A stretch of DNA of 63,741 nucleotides, filler included. It is 9 parts of 9 records of this genome, joined end to end, with 100 filler letters (N's around TTAATTAATTAA, not from the genome) between each part and the next. Parts side by side here need not be neighbours in the genome. Positions count along the whole stretch, not along the records: positions 21,748 to 28,316 come from SRR31147125_49103; positions 28,417 to 39,120 come from SRR31147125_49126; 7 more parts are not named here. One strand, 5' to 3'. The notes beneath the pieces are model-generated. The model was not told where the DNA came from. It made no database searches and was given only the letters and a program-made list of their open reading frames with translations. A program made the position numbers and the translations under genes. Positions 22,596 through 32,761 of this stretch are shown one piece after another (within the stretch, counting starts at the first letter, position 1; every line of letters starts with the position of its first letter).

Positions 22596-23777
22596 ATGAA
22601 CAGTACTTTGGCATTTACAATATTATTGGTTATATTTGCAGTGGGAGATGTGGTTGCACACAAGACAAAAGCAACAATATCAATGATTTTATTTGTTGCA
22701 GGAGCGATGTTAATTGGATTCTGGACAAATGTATTACCAACTTCGATTATTAAAGATTCTGGAATAATGGCGCTAGGAAGAGTAGCAGCAGGTCTACTAG
22801 TAACATCACTGGGAACAATGTTAGATTTAGACGAATTATTGGAGCAATGGAAAACAGTTCTAATTGGTTTCTTAGCAGTTGGAATGTTGTCAGCATTTTT
22901 ATTTTTTCTAGGAAGTCCTATTATTGGTAGAGATATGGCAATTGCAGGAGCGCCTGTTTTAGCTGGAGGTTCAGCAGCAACTATCATCATGACTAGTGCA
23001 TTAACAGACAAAGGTTTAGTTAATATATCGATATTCTGTGTATTACTTTATGTTACACAAAAATTCTTAGGTATTCCTATAGCTTCATTCATGCTAAAAA
23101 AAGAAGCGAATAGAGTTCTTGGAGAATACAAAGAAAATGGCTCATCAGATGCAAATAAAGCTAAAAAAGCGGAAAAGGTTAAAAAATTTAACTTTAGAAT
23201 TATACCAGAATTAAAACCTGAGCTTCAAACACCGTTTATTTTATTAGCAAAAACTTCTTCAATTGTAGTTTTAAGTAATTTTGTAGCTGGTCTAACAAAA
23301 GGAAACATTAACGCATTCGTATTATATCTAGTTTTCGGCGTGATATTTACTGAAATTGGTTTCTTAGATAAGAACATCCTAAAAAAAGCAAACTCAAATG
23401 GATTTTTAATGTTCTTAGCAATGATGGTTATCTTCGCTAACTTAGTTAAAGCAACTCCAGATATGGTAGCTTCATTTATATTCCCTGCACTTGTAACAGT
23501 TCTAATTGGTTTCTTAGGAATCTCGATTACATCAGTTATAGCTGCAAAGCTACTTAAATTTACCCCTGCAATGGGTATCTCAATCGGAGTATCATGTTTC
23601 TTCGGGTTCCCAGCAACATATTATCTATCGCATGAGGTGGCAAACGCTGTAGGTGAAAATAAAGAAGAACAAGAAGCAATTTTAGATCACATCTTACCTA
23701 AAATGCTAGTTGCAGGATTTACTACTGTAACAATTGCATCAGTTGTATTCGCAGGTATGATGATTAATCTATTATAA
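22596..23777 (+). CDS. Multi-pass membrane protein, probable transporter co-transcribed with the peptidase
   Basis: 393 aa, highly hydrophobic, AGGAGG RBS. Confidence 0.75.
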   Translation: MNSTLAFTILLVIFAVGDVVAHKTKATISMILFVAGAMLIGFWTNVLPTSIIKDSGIMALGRVAAGLLVTSLGTMLDLDELLEQWKTVLIGFLAVGMLSAFLFFLGSPIIGRDMAIAGAPVLAGGSAATIIMTSALTDKGLVNISIFCVLLYVTQKFLGIPIASFMLKKEANRVLGEYKENGSSDANKAKKAEKVKKFNFRIIPELKPELQTPFILLAKTSSIVVLSNFVAGLTKGNINAFVLYLVFGVIFTEIGFLDKNILKKANSNGFLMFLAMMVIFANLVKATPDMVASFIFPALVTVLIGFLGISITSVIAAKLLKFTPAMGISIGVSCFFGFPATYYLSHEVANAVGENKEEQEAILDHILPKMLVAGFTTVTIASVVFAGMMINLL

Positions 23778-23799
23778 TTTAGGCCTGTAACAATCTTTT

Positions 23800-23851
23800 A
23801 AATACAAAGAAACCGGAGTAGTCATTATGACTCTCCGGTTTCTTTGTATTT
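23800..23851. terminator. Bidirectional intrinsic terminator between convergent operons
   Basis: AAATACAAAGAAACCGGAG...CTCCGGTTTCTTTGTATTT, 19-bp perfect stem. Confidence 0.85.
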
Positions 23852-23858
23852 TAGTCTT

Positions 23859-24736
23859 TTATAAAGTATGACTATACCATTTTCTACATGGAAATGATTT
23901 TTGTCCAATGTTTACCAGTGTAGAAGCTTGGCTAAGTTCAATAAATTCATCAACACCATGTTCAACCATAAGTCTTTGAATATCTCGCCATTGTACAGGT
24001 TTAACGATGTTGTCTATTAGATCTTTCTTTATAAGCTCCTTGTTTAGAGTAGCTCTTCCAGTACTATTCATGAGGTATCTGCATCTAGGAGTGTTAAAAT
24101 TAATTCTCTCGATAAACAACTGTACCTCATCAATAATTGGGCTCATCAATATACAATGAGAAGGCACGCTAACGTTTAATGTCGATATTTTTATAGGATA
24201 GTTTTTTTTGATATTATCGTGTAGTGCAGATAATTGATACTTATCACCTGTTACAGTGTTTTGTGTATCTGAGTTGATATTAGCGATGTATATATTATCA
24301 AATTTAGCTATAAACCTCTCTAGGACAGAAAGATTTAGTCCGTTGACAGCAATCATCTTATATTTTTGGAGTGTAGTGTTTGCATCAGCTTTCCACGTAG
24401 ATTTACTAATTTTAGTCCATCTACGAAAGTTATTGCTCCAGAAGCAACAGCGGCAGCATAAGTTCCAACGGAGTGCCCTGCTACAAACTTATAATTAACT
24501 TTATTTTCTATCTCTTTTAGATATATAATTTCGGATAGATAGATAGCTAATTGAACATTTTGATTATTCTTTAGAGCTTCGCTACTATCTAATTCCTCAA
24601 TATTTACTCCTAGTACTTCACTTGCTACTTTTTTAACCTCATCATAATGCTCAGAACACATCAGCTCTCTAACCATACCTGCATATTGATACCCCTGCCC
24701 TGTAAAGAGTAACGCTCTATTTTCCAATGTCAACAA
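23859..24736 (-). CDS. mdcH: Malonyl-CoA:ACP transacylase of malonate decarboxylase (FabD-like), frameshifted near 24360
   Basis: FTGQGYQ, VAGHSVG, ANINS, VSVPSH, PVQW. Confidence 0.85.
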
Positions 24737-25346
24737 GCTCCTCTCCAGTTAAAGTTTTGAATAAATAGGGGGAGTTTGAACTTATAAACTCCTCTAATGG
24801 AAGATACATATTTTGATACCATAAAATAGTATCAATGTTTCTACCATGTTTTTCTTGTAGTTCATTAATACGTTTAGCTATTTCTTTAGCTACTTCTTTT
24901 GATAACTCAGGAACGTCTAATATAAGGTCCAAATCACTTTCATCTGTAACAGCTATATCACTTGTGACATATTCATGCATAAAACTCCCGGTAATACCCA
25001 GCTTGTAGTTATGAGGCAAATGAGAGTATAGCTCGCTGAGTATATCAAAAACATTAACGAAAACAGGCGGTAATTTTGATTGATCTTCCCTGATAATCTT
25101 GAGGGAAATCTCAAAAGGAGTGTAAGTTTCAATTACACTCTCTTTTGAAATAGTAGCTGCAAATCTCTGATCTCTGAATTTCCCTCTAATACCTATGGGA
25201 ATAGTGTCATTACATAAACCTCGACGAACAACAACATAGGGGAAATTTTCTAACTGTGTTTCTACCCATGGGTTAGATGCGGTATCTTCGATTATATAGT
25301 CCAAACTCTTTATTTTCAATATATCATGGGGATTATAAACCTTCAT
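24717..25346 (-). CDS. mdcG: Malonate decarboxylase holo-ACP synthase
   Basis: PHDIL, VVVRR, IGIRG..R.QRFA, GITGS, SDLDL. Confidence 0.85.
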   Translation of the reverse strand: MKVYNPHDILKIKSLDYIIEDTASNPWVETQLENFPYVVVRRGLCNDTIPIGIRGKFRDQRFAATISKESVIETYTPFEISLKIIREDQSKLPPVFVNVFDILSELYSHLPHNYKLGITGSFMHEYVTSDIAVTDESDLDLILDVPELSKEVAKEIAKRINELQEKHGRNIDTILWYQNMYLPLEEFISSNSPYLFKTLTGEELVDIGK

Positions 25347-26928
25347 TTAGTATTTCACCTCTGATACGTTTTGTGAGAATTCTCCCATCTGAATTCTCAG
25401 TTGTTAATCTATAGTTCAATCTATTTCCATTCTTTAGAGACTCTTTTATTCCAAGAGAGATGGATTTCTTTACTACTTCTATTTGTTTATCTTTGTCAGC
25501 TATAGCATTAATATTAATTAGACTGTTTACCGCGCCAAGTTTGTAGTATGATTTTATATCATAGGCTATTCCTGGTACTTTTTTTGCTGAGTCCTCTAAA
25601 TCTTTTTTCGAACGTTTCGTTATTCTAGCAGCGGATCCCTCAGACATGGCATGTACTTTTACGTCATCTGTATCAAGAGCAATCATATAACTAGCCTGTA
25701 GACCATGAGCTAGAAATGCACCAGATATAGCCTTTCCTACTATTAGAGTAATTACTGGATGCCCGGCATGTCTTGCACTGGCATATGCATCAACGGAAGA
25801 GGCACAAGATAAGAAAATTCCCTGTTTTTCTTCCTCATAACCATATGCCTGTGATGGACAATCTACAATGCAAAGGATGGGAGTTTTTTTCTCACTATTT
25901 TCTTCCTTCATAATGAGACTATTAATTAAACGAGCTATCTCGTATCCTTCTTCTAATCCAAACTCTCCTTCTCCGGTTCTAGGAAACTTTGGTTTCTCGC
26001 TAGGGCTAGTAGTAACTACACGAATTTCTTCATCATTGATAATAGCGTCACAGCAAAGTATTGAACTAACTTTACTAAGTTGCTTGTTATGTCCACATAA
26101 ATTGTTGAACCAAAGAGTTCCGTTATTTGTAGGTTGATCAAAAGATCTCATTTTGTCAGGATAAAAAGTTAAATTTTGGGAGTTTTTAATAAAATTCTCA
26201 CTTCTATGTTGGTCAGGTATTTTTTTTAAGCATACATCTATATGGCTTTGAATGTCTGTTAAATCATCTTCTGCTAAATAGTCAGCTATTCCCTGCTCAA
26301 CTCTGGATATACCACCAGTTGTTTTCCAAATTAACTCTCTGTCAGAGGAATCAAACTCTGCACGTCCTGCCTCCTGTTCTATTACTTCAAATCCGTTAAG
26401 AGTAAGTCTGCTTACCTTTGTCATGATTAGGTAGCTAAATAGGGATGCAGTCATAGACATACCGCCGAAACAACCAATTTTACCTGGTATAATACCGATA
26501 ACAGGTACATGTTTTCGAAGTCTGATAACCATATCCTGTATCTCGCTAATAGCAAGTAAACCATAGTTTGCTTCCTGTAGCCTTACCCCTCCTGTATCTA
26601 GTATCATGAAAAAGTTAGTTTTTTTGCCATTCTCATTTAGCTTGAGAGTATACTCCATTGCAGAGGATAATTTTGCACCTGATATTTCTCCTATGGCTCC
26701 ACCCTGAAACTGTCCTTCTATTGAGCATATGACAGTGTCAACTCCATCTCTTTTACCTTTTGCAATAATAACTCCATCATCATTTTGAGCAACGATGTTT
26801 TGGTTAAGTAGGTGAGGGGATCTATTATCTGTAAAGATATCCAATATTTCTAGTGAACTTTTACTATCTAATAAAGCAAAAGCTCTTTGTCTAGCATTTA
26901 GTTCTGAGTAACATATTTTGTTAAGCAT
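25333..26928 (-). CDS. mdcD: Malonate decarboxylase beta-gamma subunit fusion (MdcD-MdcE)
   Basis: DTGGVRLQEANYGL and GCFGG (beta); VDCPSQAYG and AISGAFLAHG (gamma); one 531-aa ORF. Confidence 0.88.
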   Translation of the reverse strand: MLNKICYSELNARQRAFALLDSKSSLEILDIFTDNRSPHLLNQNIVAQNDDGVIIAKGKRDGVDTVICSIEGQFQGGAIGEISGAKLSSAMEYTLKLNENGKKTNFFMILDTGGVRLQEANYGLLAISEIQDMVIRLRKHVPVIGIIPGKIGCFGGMSMTASLFSYLIMTKVSRLTLNGFEVIEQEAGRAEFDSSDRELIWKTTGGISRVEQGIADYLAEDDLTDIQSHIDVCLKKIPDQHRSENFIKNSQNLTFYPDKMRSFDQPTNNGTLWFNNLCGHNKQLSKVSSILCCDAIINDEEIRVVTTSPSEKPKFPRTGEGEFGLEEGYEIARLINSLIMKEENSEKKTPILCIVDCPSQAYGYEEEKQGIFLSCASSVDAYASARHAGHPVITLIVGKAISGAFLAHGLQASYMIALDTDDVKVHAMSEGSAARITKRSKKDLEDSAKKVPGIAYDIKSYYKLGAVNSLININAIADKDKQIEVVKKSISLGIKESLKNGNRLNYRLTTENSDGRILTKRIRGEILNEGL

Positions 26929-27217
26929 TGTTAGCCACCTCCAATGCTTGTTGTAATCTTAAGTTAACCATTCCAGGACTTGCACCACCGTCATTAATTA
27001 TTATATCTGCTAAACAATTTGTTTCGATGAAAAATTCATTTAGAATTTTTCGCCATATTTCAGCATTATTATCTATTTTAGTTGTTATTTTCACTTTGCT
27101 TTTATTAGCCTCAGTTGGAAATAAAAGTAACTCCATATTTCCTGAGCTTACAACTCCAACATGTGCTTTACTCTTTATTTTTTTATTCGCGTTAAACTCA
27201 AATGATAGATTCTCCAT
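26921..27217 (-). CDS. mdcC: Malonate decarboxylase acyl carrier protein (delta subunit)
   Basis: VGVVSSGNMELL attachment-serine motif, INDGGASPGMVNLRLQQA. Confidence 0.9.
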   Translation of the reverse strand: MENLSFEFNANKKIKSKAHVGVVSSGNMELLLFPTEANKSKVKITTKIDNNAEIWRKILNEFFIETNCLADIIINDGGASPGMVNLRLQQALEVANNA

Positions 27218-27244
27218 AATTACTCCTTTATCTTAAAAAAAACT

Positions 27245-28132
27245 CTATAATACAAACTCATCTAAGACCAAATCAACAAAACAGGTTGCTCCTAACAAAT
27301 CAGCGGATCCTCCAGGTGAAAGGTGATTCTGAGTGATATATTTTTCAAGGCTTATAAAATGCATTAATCCCATTTTTCTATTTATTCCACCTGATTCTAT
27401 TACTCTGTTTGCCAATTTTTTTACCTGTCCGAGTTTCTCTTTATTACCTCTATAGAGTATACAGGTGTCATCTACATGACTCATGAGCCTAAATAGAGTA
27501 TTTGACCATGATATGTCATCGCTAATTCCTCTTGCTTTCTGTCTCTTGAAATAGGGATAAGCGATATTTTTTATACTTTGAAAATTTCCAAATGCTTCTC
27601 CCCGTGCCCCTAAGTAACCATATCTACTTTGAACTACCCGCCCATGTGTGAGCTCCGATTCGTTAACTAAAGGTATCCTGGCAATGGCTCCAGCAGTATC
27701 ACATATAGAGATTACACTGAGAGGTAGATTTCTCTTTATAATTAAAGTAACAGCACTAATTAGAAGTCCAATATTCCATAATGCTCCTTTGTGGGTATTG
27801 ACTCCATTTGTAACTTCCTTCATCTGTCTCTCACCACGAATACCTATTTCACTAAGCTTTTGACGTAACTCTACGATTTGATCGATCTCTAGCGAAATTT
27901 CTATCATATCTTTAAAGCTATCCTTGATAGAGTATATTGACCTTTCCATCACCTCTAGATTCATATCCTCATGACAACCGGAGTTTATTTGATCCACTAA
28001 ACCTGGTTTTGGTGACAGATAAAGTTCCTTTAACAGGGCCTGTTCTGCTAAATTTCCTAGGATATTTGGCAGTTCTTTATTCTCAAAATTTTTACCAGTT
28101 TTTAAATTCTTTTGGGGGATTATATAGTCCAT
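27245..28132 (-). CDS. mdcB: Triphosphoribosyl-dephospho-CoA synthase (CitG family)
   Basis: SPKPGLVD, GVNTHKGA, GARGEA, LSPGGSADLL. Confidence 0.9.
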   Translation of the reverse strand: MDYIIPQKNLKTGKNFENKELPNILGNLAEQALLKELYLSPKPGLVDQINSGCHEDMNLEVMERSIYSIKDSFKDMIEISLEIDQIVELRQKLSEIGIRGERQMKEVTNGVNTHKGALWNIGLLISAVTLIIKRNLPLSVISICDTAGAIARIPLVNESELTHGRVVQSRYGYLGARGEAFGNFQSIKNIAYPYFKRQKARGISDDISWSNTLFRLMSHVDDTCILYRGNKEKLGQVKKLANRVIESGGINRKMGLMHFISLEKYITQNHLSPGGSADLLGATCFVDLVLDEFVL

Positions 28133-28316
28133 TTGACCACTCCACTAATTCACTTATATTTTTTGCAGCTAATAGATTTCTGGAAGCATCTGTTACATTA
28201 ATTTCTAAATCTTTTGGATATGCTACAATTCCTTTCTCTCGCAACTTATTGATCTCCTCAGTGCAAATAGTATCACCTAGAGGTGTAACACCTGCAATGG
28301 CAGCAAGAGCTTTTTT
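28092..28316 (-). CDS. mdcA: Malonate decarboxylase alpha subunit, C-terminal fragment
   Basis: Manual translation ...AAIAGVTPLG...LLAAKNISELVEWSNGLYNPPKEFKNW*. Confidence 0.85.
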   Translation of the reverse strand, partial: KKALAAIAGVTPLGDTICTEEINKLREKGIVAYPKDLEINVTDASRNLLAAKNISELVEWSNGLYNPPKEFKNW

Positions 28317-28416
28317 NNNNNNNNNNNNNNNNNNNNNNNNNNNNNNNNNNNNNNNNNNNNTTAATTAATTAANNNNNNNNNNNNNNNNNNNNNNNNNNNN
28401 NNNNNNNNNNNNNNNN
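28317..28416. other. Artificial contig spacer
   Basis: Same 100-nt linker. Confidence 0.97.
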
Positions 28417-30066
28417 AAAGCCCCCAACGGCGGGCGTTTCCAGGTTACCACCAAATCACCGCTTACGGGTGGTATGGGGGAAGGAAACAGCGGCGGCACA
28501 TTCAGCACAAAACTGAAAAGTACTGGTCTGGACGGCATTATCATCAAAGGTGCGGCTGACCATCCTGTACGCGTTGTCATTCAGGATGATGAAGTATCGA
28601 TTCTGGATGCCGCGGATGTATGGGGCCTGGACACATTCACTCTTGATGATCGAATGGTAGAGTGGTACGGGAAAAAACAGGGGACTCTCTGTATTGGTCC
28701 AGCCGGGGAAAACCTGGTAAAAATTGCCTGTATCATGAATGATGGTCGGGATGCCCGAACTCCAGCCAGAACCGGTATGGGAGCTGTAATGGGCTCCAAA
28801 AATCTGAAGGCTATCACTGTTCTGGGAAGTAAAACCACCCCAACCGCCCATCCTGAAGAGCTGAAAAAGACTATAAAAGAACTTATGCTGAGAATTTCCA
28901 AGGATTCACCGGGAATGCGGAATTATGGCACTGGTGAAGCTGTTGAGTTCATTGAAGCGGCCGGAGATTTGCCGATAAAGAACTGGCAGCAAGGTCAACT
29001 GGCAACTTGTGGTCAAATTTCGGGCATCACTATGACCGAAAGCGGACTGCTTAAGAAAAGCTATTTCTGTGGTCAGTGCCCGATCGGCTGCGGACGGATC
29101 GTCGAAATAAAGGAAGGACCATATGCCTGCGAGGAACAGGGCGGTCCGGAATATGAGACGATCGGCATGCTGGGATCAAATTTAATGGTGGATAATTTGG
29201 AAATAATCCAGATGGGCAACAGTATCTGCAACAAATTGGGAATGGATACCATTTCAGCCGGATCGGCTGTCGCTTTTGCCATGGAAGCTTATGAGGCCGG
29301 AGTTATCACCAGAGATATGATGGACGGGCATGCGGCCCGCTGGGGTAACGCGGATGATATCAAATTTTTGCTGAACGCGATCGCTAAGCGTGAATCCATT
29401 GGGGATTTACTGGCTGAAGGCACTCGCGCAGCCGGCAAGAAGCTGGGAGGCATAGCCGAGGAGTTCTCGGTAGATGTCAAGGGATTGGAATTCCCGGCCC
29501 ATGATCCACGTGCCGGCAGTACCATGGCCCTCGCCTTCGCAACAGGTACCCGTGGAGCCGACCACTGCAATGCAAATACCCACCCTGCAGCTCTGACAGG
29601 CGGAACCAGTGGCCATGGATTCATGGACCCAATGAAATATGATCGTTTCGACTTCGGGGATGATACCGTAAAACTGACCAGAGCATTTCAGGATGCTTGT
29701 GCTATGCTGGATTCCATGTCCATCTGTAAATTTGTGCTGTTTGTGCTTGATGCCGATTTCCTCGATTCCTATCTGAAATTGTTCAAGGAAATCGTAGGAT
29801 GGGAGATGACCAAAGAAGAGTGGATGGAAGCCGGTGACCGGATTGTAAATCTGAAACGTGCTTACCAGGTACGCTGCGGTGTCTCACGCAAAGATGACAG
29901 ACTGCCGCCGCGCATGACAAAACGCAGATTTGATGGCGGAGCCGGTGATCATGTACCGAAGGTGGAACCGATGCTGGATCTCTATTACGCGGCTCGGGGC
30001 TGGGATACCTACGGACGGCCTACAAAGGAGACGCTTAAACGCCTGAAGCTGGACTGGCTGGGATAA
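28417..30066 (+). CDS. Tungsten-dependent aldehyde:ferredoxin oxidoreductase family protein, 5'-truncated
   Basis: TKSPLTG, IGPAGENLV, GMGAVMGSKNLKAI, CGQCPIGC, GPEYET, LGMDTIS, HDPR, RGADH. Confidence 0.92.
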   Translation, partial: KAPNGGRFQVTTKSPLTGGMGEGNSGGTFSTKLKSTGLDGIIIKGAADHPVRVVIQDDEVSILDAADVWGLDTFTLDDRMVEWYGKKQGTLCIGPAGENLVKIACIMNDGRDARTPARTGMGAVMGSKNLKAITVLGSKTTPTAHPEELKKTIKELMLRISKDSPGMRNYGTGEAVEFIEAAGDLPIKNWQQGQLATCGQISGITMTESGLLKKSYFCGQCPIGCGRIVEIKEGPYACEEQGGPEYETIGMLGSNLMVDNLEIIQMGNSICNKLGMDTISAGSAVAFAMEAYEAGVITRDMMDGHAARWGNADDIKFLLNAIAKRESIGDLLAEGTRAAGKKLGGIAEEFSVDVKGLEFPAHDPRAGSTMALAFATGTRGADHCNANTHPAALTGGTSGHGFMDPMKYDRFDFGDDTVKLTRAFQDACAMLDSMSICKFVLFVLDADFLDSYLKLFKEIVGWEMTKEEWMEAGDRIVNLKRAYQVRCGVSRKDDRLPPRMTKRRFDGGAGDHVPKVEPMLDLYYAARGWDTYGRPTKETLKRLKLDWLG

Positions 30067-30069
30067 TTC

Positions 30070-30345
30070 ATGTGTGTTAAGTTTTTGTTCTCCAGTTATT
30101 TCTCATCTATTTTGGGAACTGATGAAATTGAGTTATCAGTACTGGATGGTTCAACTATATCCGAAACCATTCAGTTTTTCCTGGATAATAATCCAGAGTA
30201 TCATCAACTGCTGAAAGAGCGTAAGACTTTTCTACTGGGTGAATTCCGGGCAATTTACACGCTAGATGGAAAAATGGTGACAGGAAAACATATACTACAG
30301 GATGGGGACAACCTGAAGATACTGAAAGCTTATATCGGCGGTTGA
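30070..30345 (+). CDS. MoaD/ThiS-family sulfur carrier
   Basis: 91 aa ending LQDGDNL...IGG, directly after the AOR gene. Confidence 0.8.
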   Translation: MCVKFLFSSYFSSILGTDEIELSVLDGSTISETIQFFLDNNPEYHQLLKERKTFLLGEFRAIYTLDGKMVTGKHILQDGDNLKILKAYIGG

Positions 30346-30692
30346 CTGCGATTCCGTTTGACTGCCCCGGCAATAATACCGAATATGCCGACAAGTGCAA
30401 TCGGCAACCCGAAAATCAGGGTCAGCGCGCCATCTTCCCATACCCAGAACACCAGGCACCACTGCAGTCCATACCAAATAAGCCATATGATGCCTGCAAT
30501 CAACTCCCGCTTCCAGAGCAGAATATATCCCGTAAGAAAAATGAGAAACAGCAGGTAGACCGAAATATCCGCAAAGGATACATCTCCGGACAGCGAAATT
30601 CCTTCCCCGATAAGAAAAAGAATGTATCCCACGAAAGCGATAGATCCAAGGATCCTGAGGATACGTCTGCTGCTTGTCATCCTTTCACTCAT
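30330..30692 (-). CDS. Small 4-TM hypothetical membrane protein
   Basis: Hydrophobic ORF (track 30330..30797); probable start MSERMTSS. Confidence 0.6.
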   Translation of the reverse strand: MSERMTSSRRILRILGSIAFVGYILFLIGEGISLSGDVSFADISVYLLFLIFLTGYILLWKRELIAGIIWLIWYGLQWCLVFWVWEDGALTLIFGLPIALVGIFGIIAGAVKRNRSQPPI

Positions 30693-30927
30693 GAATGTAA
30701 GTATATACCCTCTTCGGCGAAACACGAATAGCGTAGTGAGAAAATAGGTATTTATGTCCTCACTGCCCAAAAAAACCGGCAAACTAGGATTGTTCACCGG
30801 TTTCCGGGGTTACCATAAACAGCTCAGGATCAGACAGATGCTGCACATACAGCGTATAACTGTATTCTTCAATCTCCTGCCCTATCCAAGCCAGTTATTT
30901 TATCTTTGTTCTAATCAAACTTTAGCT

Positions 30928-31498
30928 CTATGAACTGAAGGAAACGTTGGGATTTGACCAACGCAGACCATCATCATCGTGGAATGTTCCATACTCGGTC
31001 ATAATACCGCCCTCAGGACCGCCTATGACAAAATGGGGTGCAGTAAGTCGATTCAGATAACGTACATCACCAACTTCTACCAGCTGCCATTTCCCGGCAG
31101 TGATATGTTCCAGCTGACTTTCCGGAATCTTTGCTGTAGTGGGGGGTTTCTGCGTCACCTTCACCAAAGAGGTACAGACTACCGTAGCGTATATGCCATG
31201 CTTCCATTTTTGCCGGGCCTTTGCTGGTTTTTACATGTGCGTGCTCGGGAATCATCTGACCGGGCAGCATAAAGATGTCATGGCCGAAATATCCGCCCTC
31301 CTGTTCATTCACCCAGAAGATTCCTGCCATGCCGACTTCAGGGAACTGACCAAGACCGAAATCCTGTGTCCAGAAGTTGTCACCCCTCAGGGCGTCACAC
31401 ATGGGAAAATGAAATCTCTCAAACATTTCATAGTAGAGTTCCTTAGCTTTCTCTGCCTGGAATACTCCGTCAACATAATACTCATTGTCCAATGCCAT
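30928..31498 (-). CDS. D-lyxose/D-mannose isomerase-family cupin, frameshifted near 31140
   Basis: DFGLG, LPGQMIPEHAH, KMEAW, then PHFVIGG, EYGTFHDD, WSNP in the second frame. Confidence 0.75.
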
Positions 31499-31523
31499 TG
31501 CTGTTACCTCATAATAGAATTTT

Positions 31524-31559
31524 AAAAAAGCATCTGTACCGGCTTGGGCACAGATGCTT
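31524..31559 (-). terminator. Intrinsic terminator downstream of the sugar-binding-protein gene
   Basis: AAGCATCTGT...ACAGATGCTT stem with A-run on + (U-tract on -). Confidence 0.65.
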
Positions 31560-31673
31560 CGGTATAGAATCAGTATAAACCAACTGTTACGGTTTTTACC
31601 AGAAACAATTCCTGCGATAATTTTGCATTGCAGGAACTACTGCAACCAGAAACAGTTCTTTAATGGTTATTCG

Positions 31674-32627
31674 TTAGAACTGTTTTCCTACCATACCCGG
31701 AGCATTGTCTGCTCTTACGATGCGTCCATAGTTGGTCATACGTGTCGGGATATCAGTTTCTCCAGCTACCAGTTTGTCGATTACATCAAAAGCTGAGGGT
31801 CCGAAGAATGGTGAACATTCAACGATTCCGTAGATTTCTCCAGCTACGATTGCGTCGATACCATCGTTTTCACCGTCAATTGAGATGATCTGTACATCTA
31901 CACCAGGAACCATACCGGCAGCTTTCAGTGCTTCGATTGCACCAAGAGCCATCTCATCATTATGAGCGTAGATTGCTTCAATATCAGAGCCTTTAGCCTG
32001 AATAATGTTTTCCATTACTTTCTGGCCATCAGATCTGGTGAAATCAGCTGTCTGTGACGCGATAACTTCCAGTCCAGGATAGTTCTCAAGACCTTCCATA
32101 AATCCCTGCTGTCTCTCTTCTGCACATCCTGAGCCCTGTGTCCCAGTAAGCTCAACGATCTTTGCTGTTCCACCGGTAGCTTCAGCCATCAGTTCGGCAG
32201 CCTGCTGACCTTCCCATACGAAGTCGGCAGCGATGTAGGTTACATAATCTTCACCAGGAACACCTGCGGCGGGTCGAGCAATAACGATTACCGGGATTCC
32301 GGCTTCTTTTGCTGACTGCAGCGCGGGAACTACTCCATAGTCTTCTCGTGCGTTTATAATCAGATAATCAACCTGCTGAGCAATAAGGTCTTCAATATCT
32401 GAAACCTGTTTTGCCGAGTCACTCTGTGCATCGGTCCAGAGTAATTCATAGCCTCTTTCAGCAGCTGTATCGATTATACTGTTAAGTTCCGCAAGACGGA
32501 ATGGCATATTCGTTTCCATTTCCGAGAACCCTACTCTAATTACTCCATCATCCTCGCTTTCAGCGGCAGCAAATACCATACCGGCAGCCAGAACAAGCCC
32601 GATCAGAACCATTAATACCTTCTTCAT
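31674..32627 (-). CDS. Sugar ABC transporter substrate-binding protein (RbsB/YtfQ-like)
   Basis: Signal peptide, VGFSE, TDAQ...KQVSDIEDLI, YAHNDEMALGA, ISIDG. Confidence 0.92.
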   Translation of the reverse strand: MKKVLMVLIGLVLAAGMVFAAAESEDDGVIRVGFSEMETNMPFRLAELNSIIDTAAERGYELLWTDAQSDSAKQVSDIEDLIAQQVDYLIINAREDYGVVPALQSAKEAGIPVIVIARPAAGVPGEDYVTYIAADFVWEGQQAAELMAEATGGTAKIVELTGTQGSGCAEERQQGFMEGLENYPGLEVIASQTADFTRSDGQKVMENIIQAKGSDIEAIYAHNDEMALGAIEALKAAGMVPGVDVQIISIDGENDGIDAIVAGEIYGIVECSPFFGPSAFDVIDKLVAGETDIPTRMTNYGRIVRADNAPGMVGKQF

Positions 32628-32761
32628 TGGTTCTCCTCCTTACTTGGTTTACGTTAATACTATCATATATCTGTTGATTGTCAACAATTAATTGACGATT
32701 ATTTATAAATTCCACCAATCAGCAGTATATCCCTACTCTATTGATCGATTACAACTCATTA

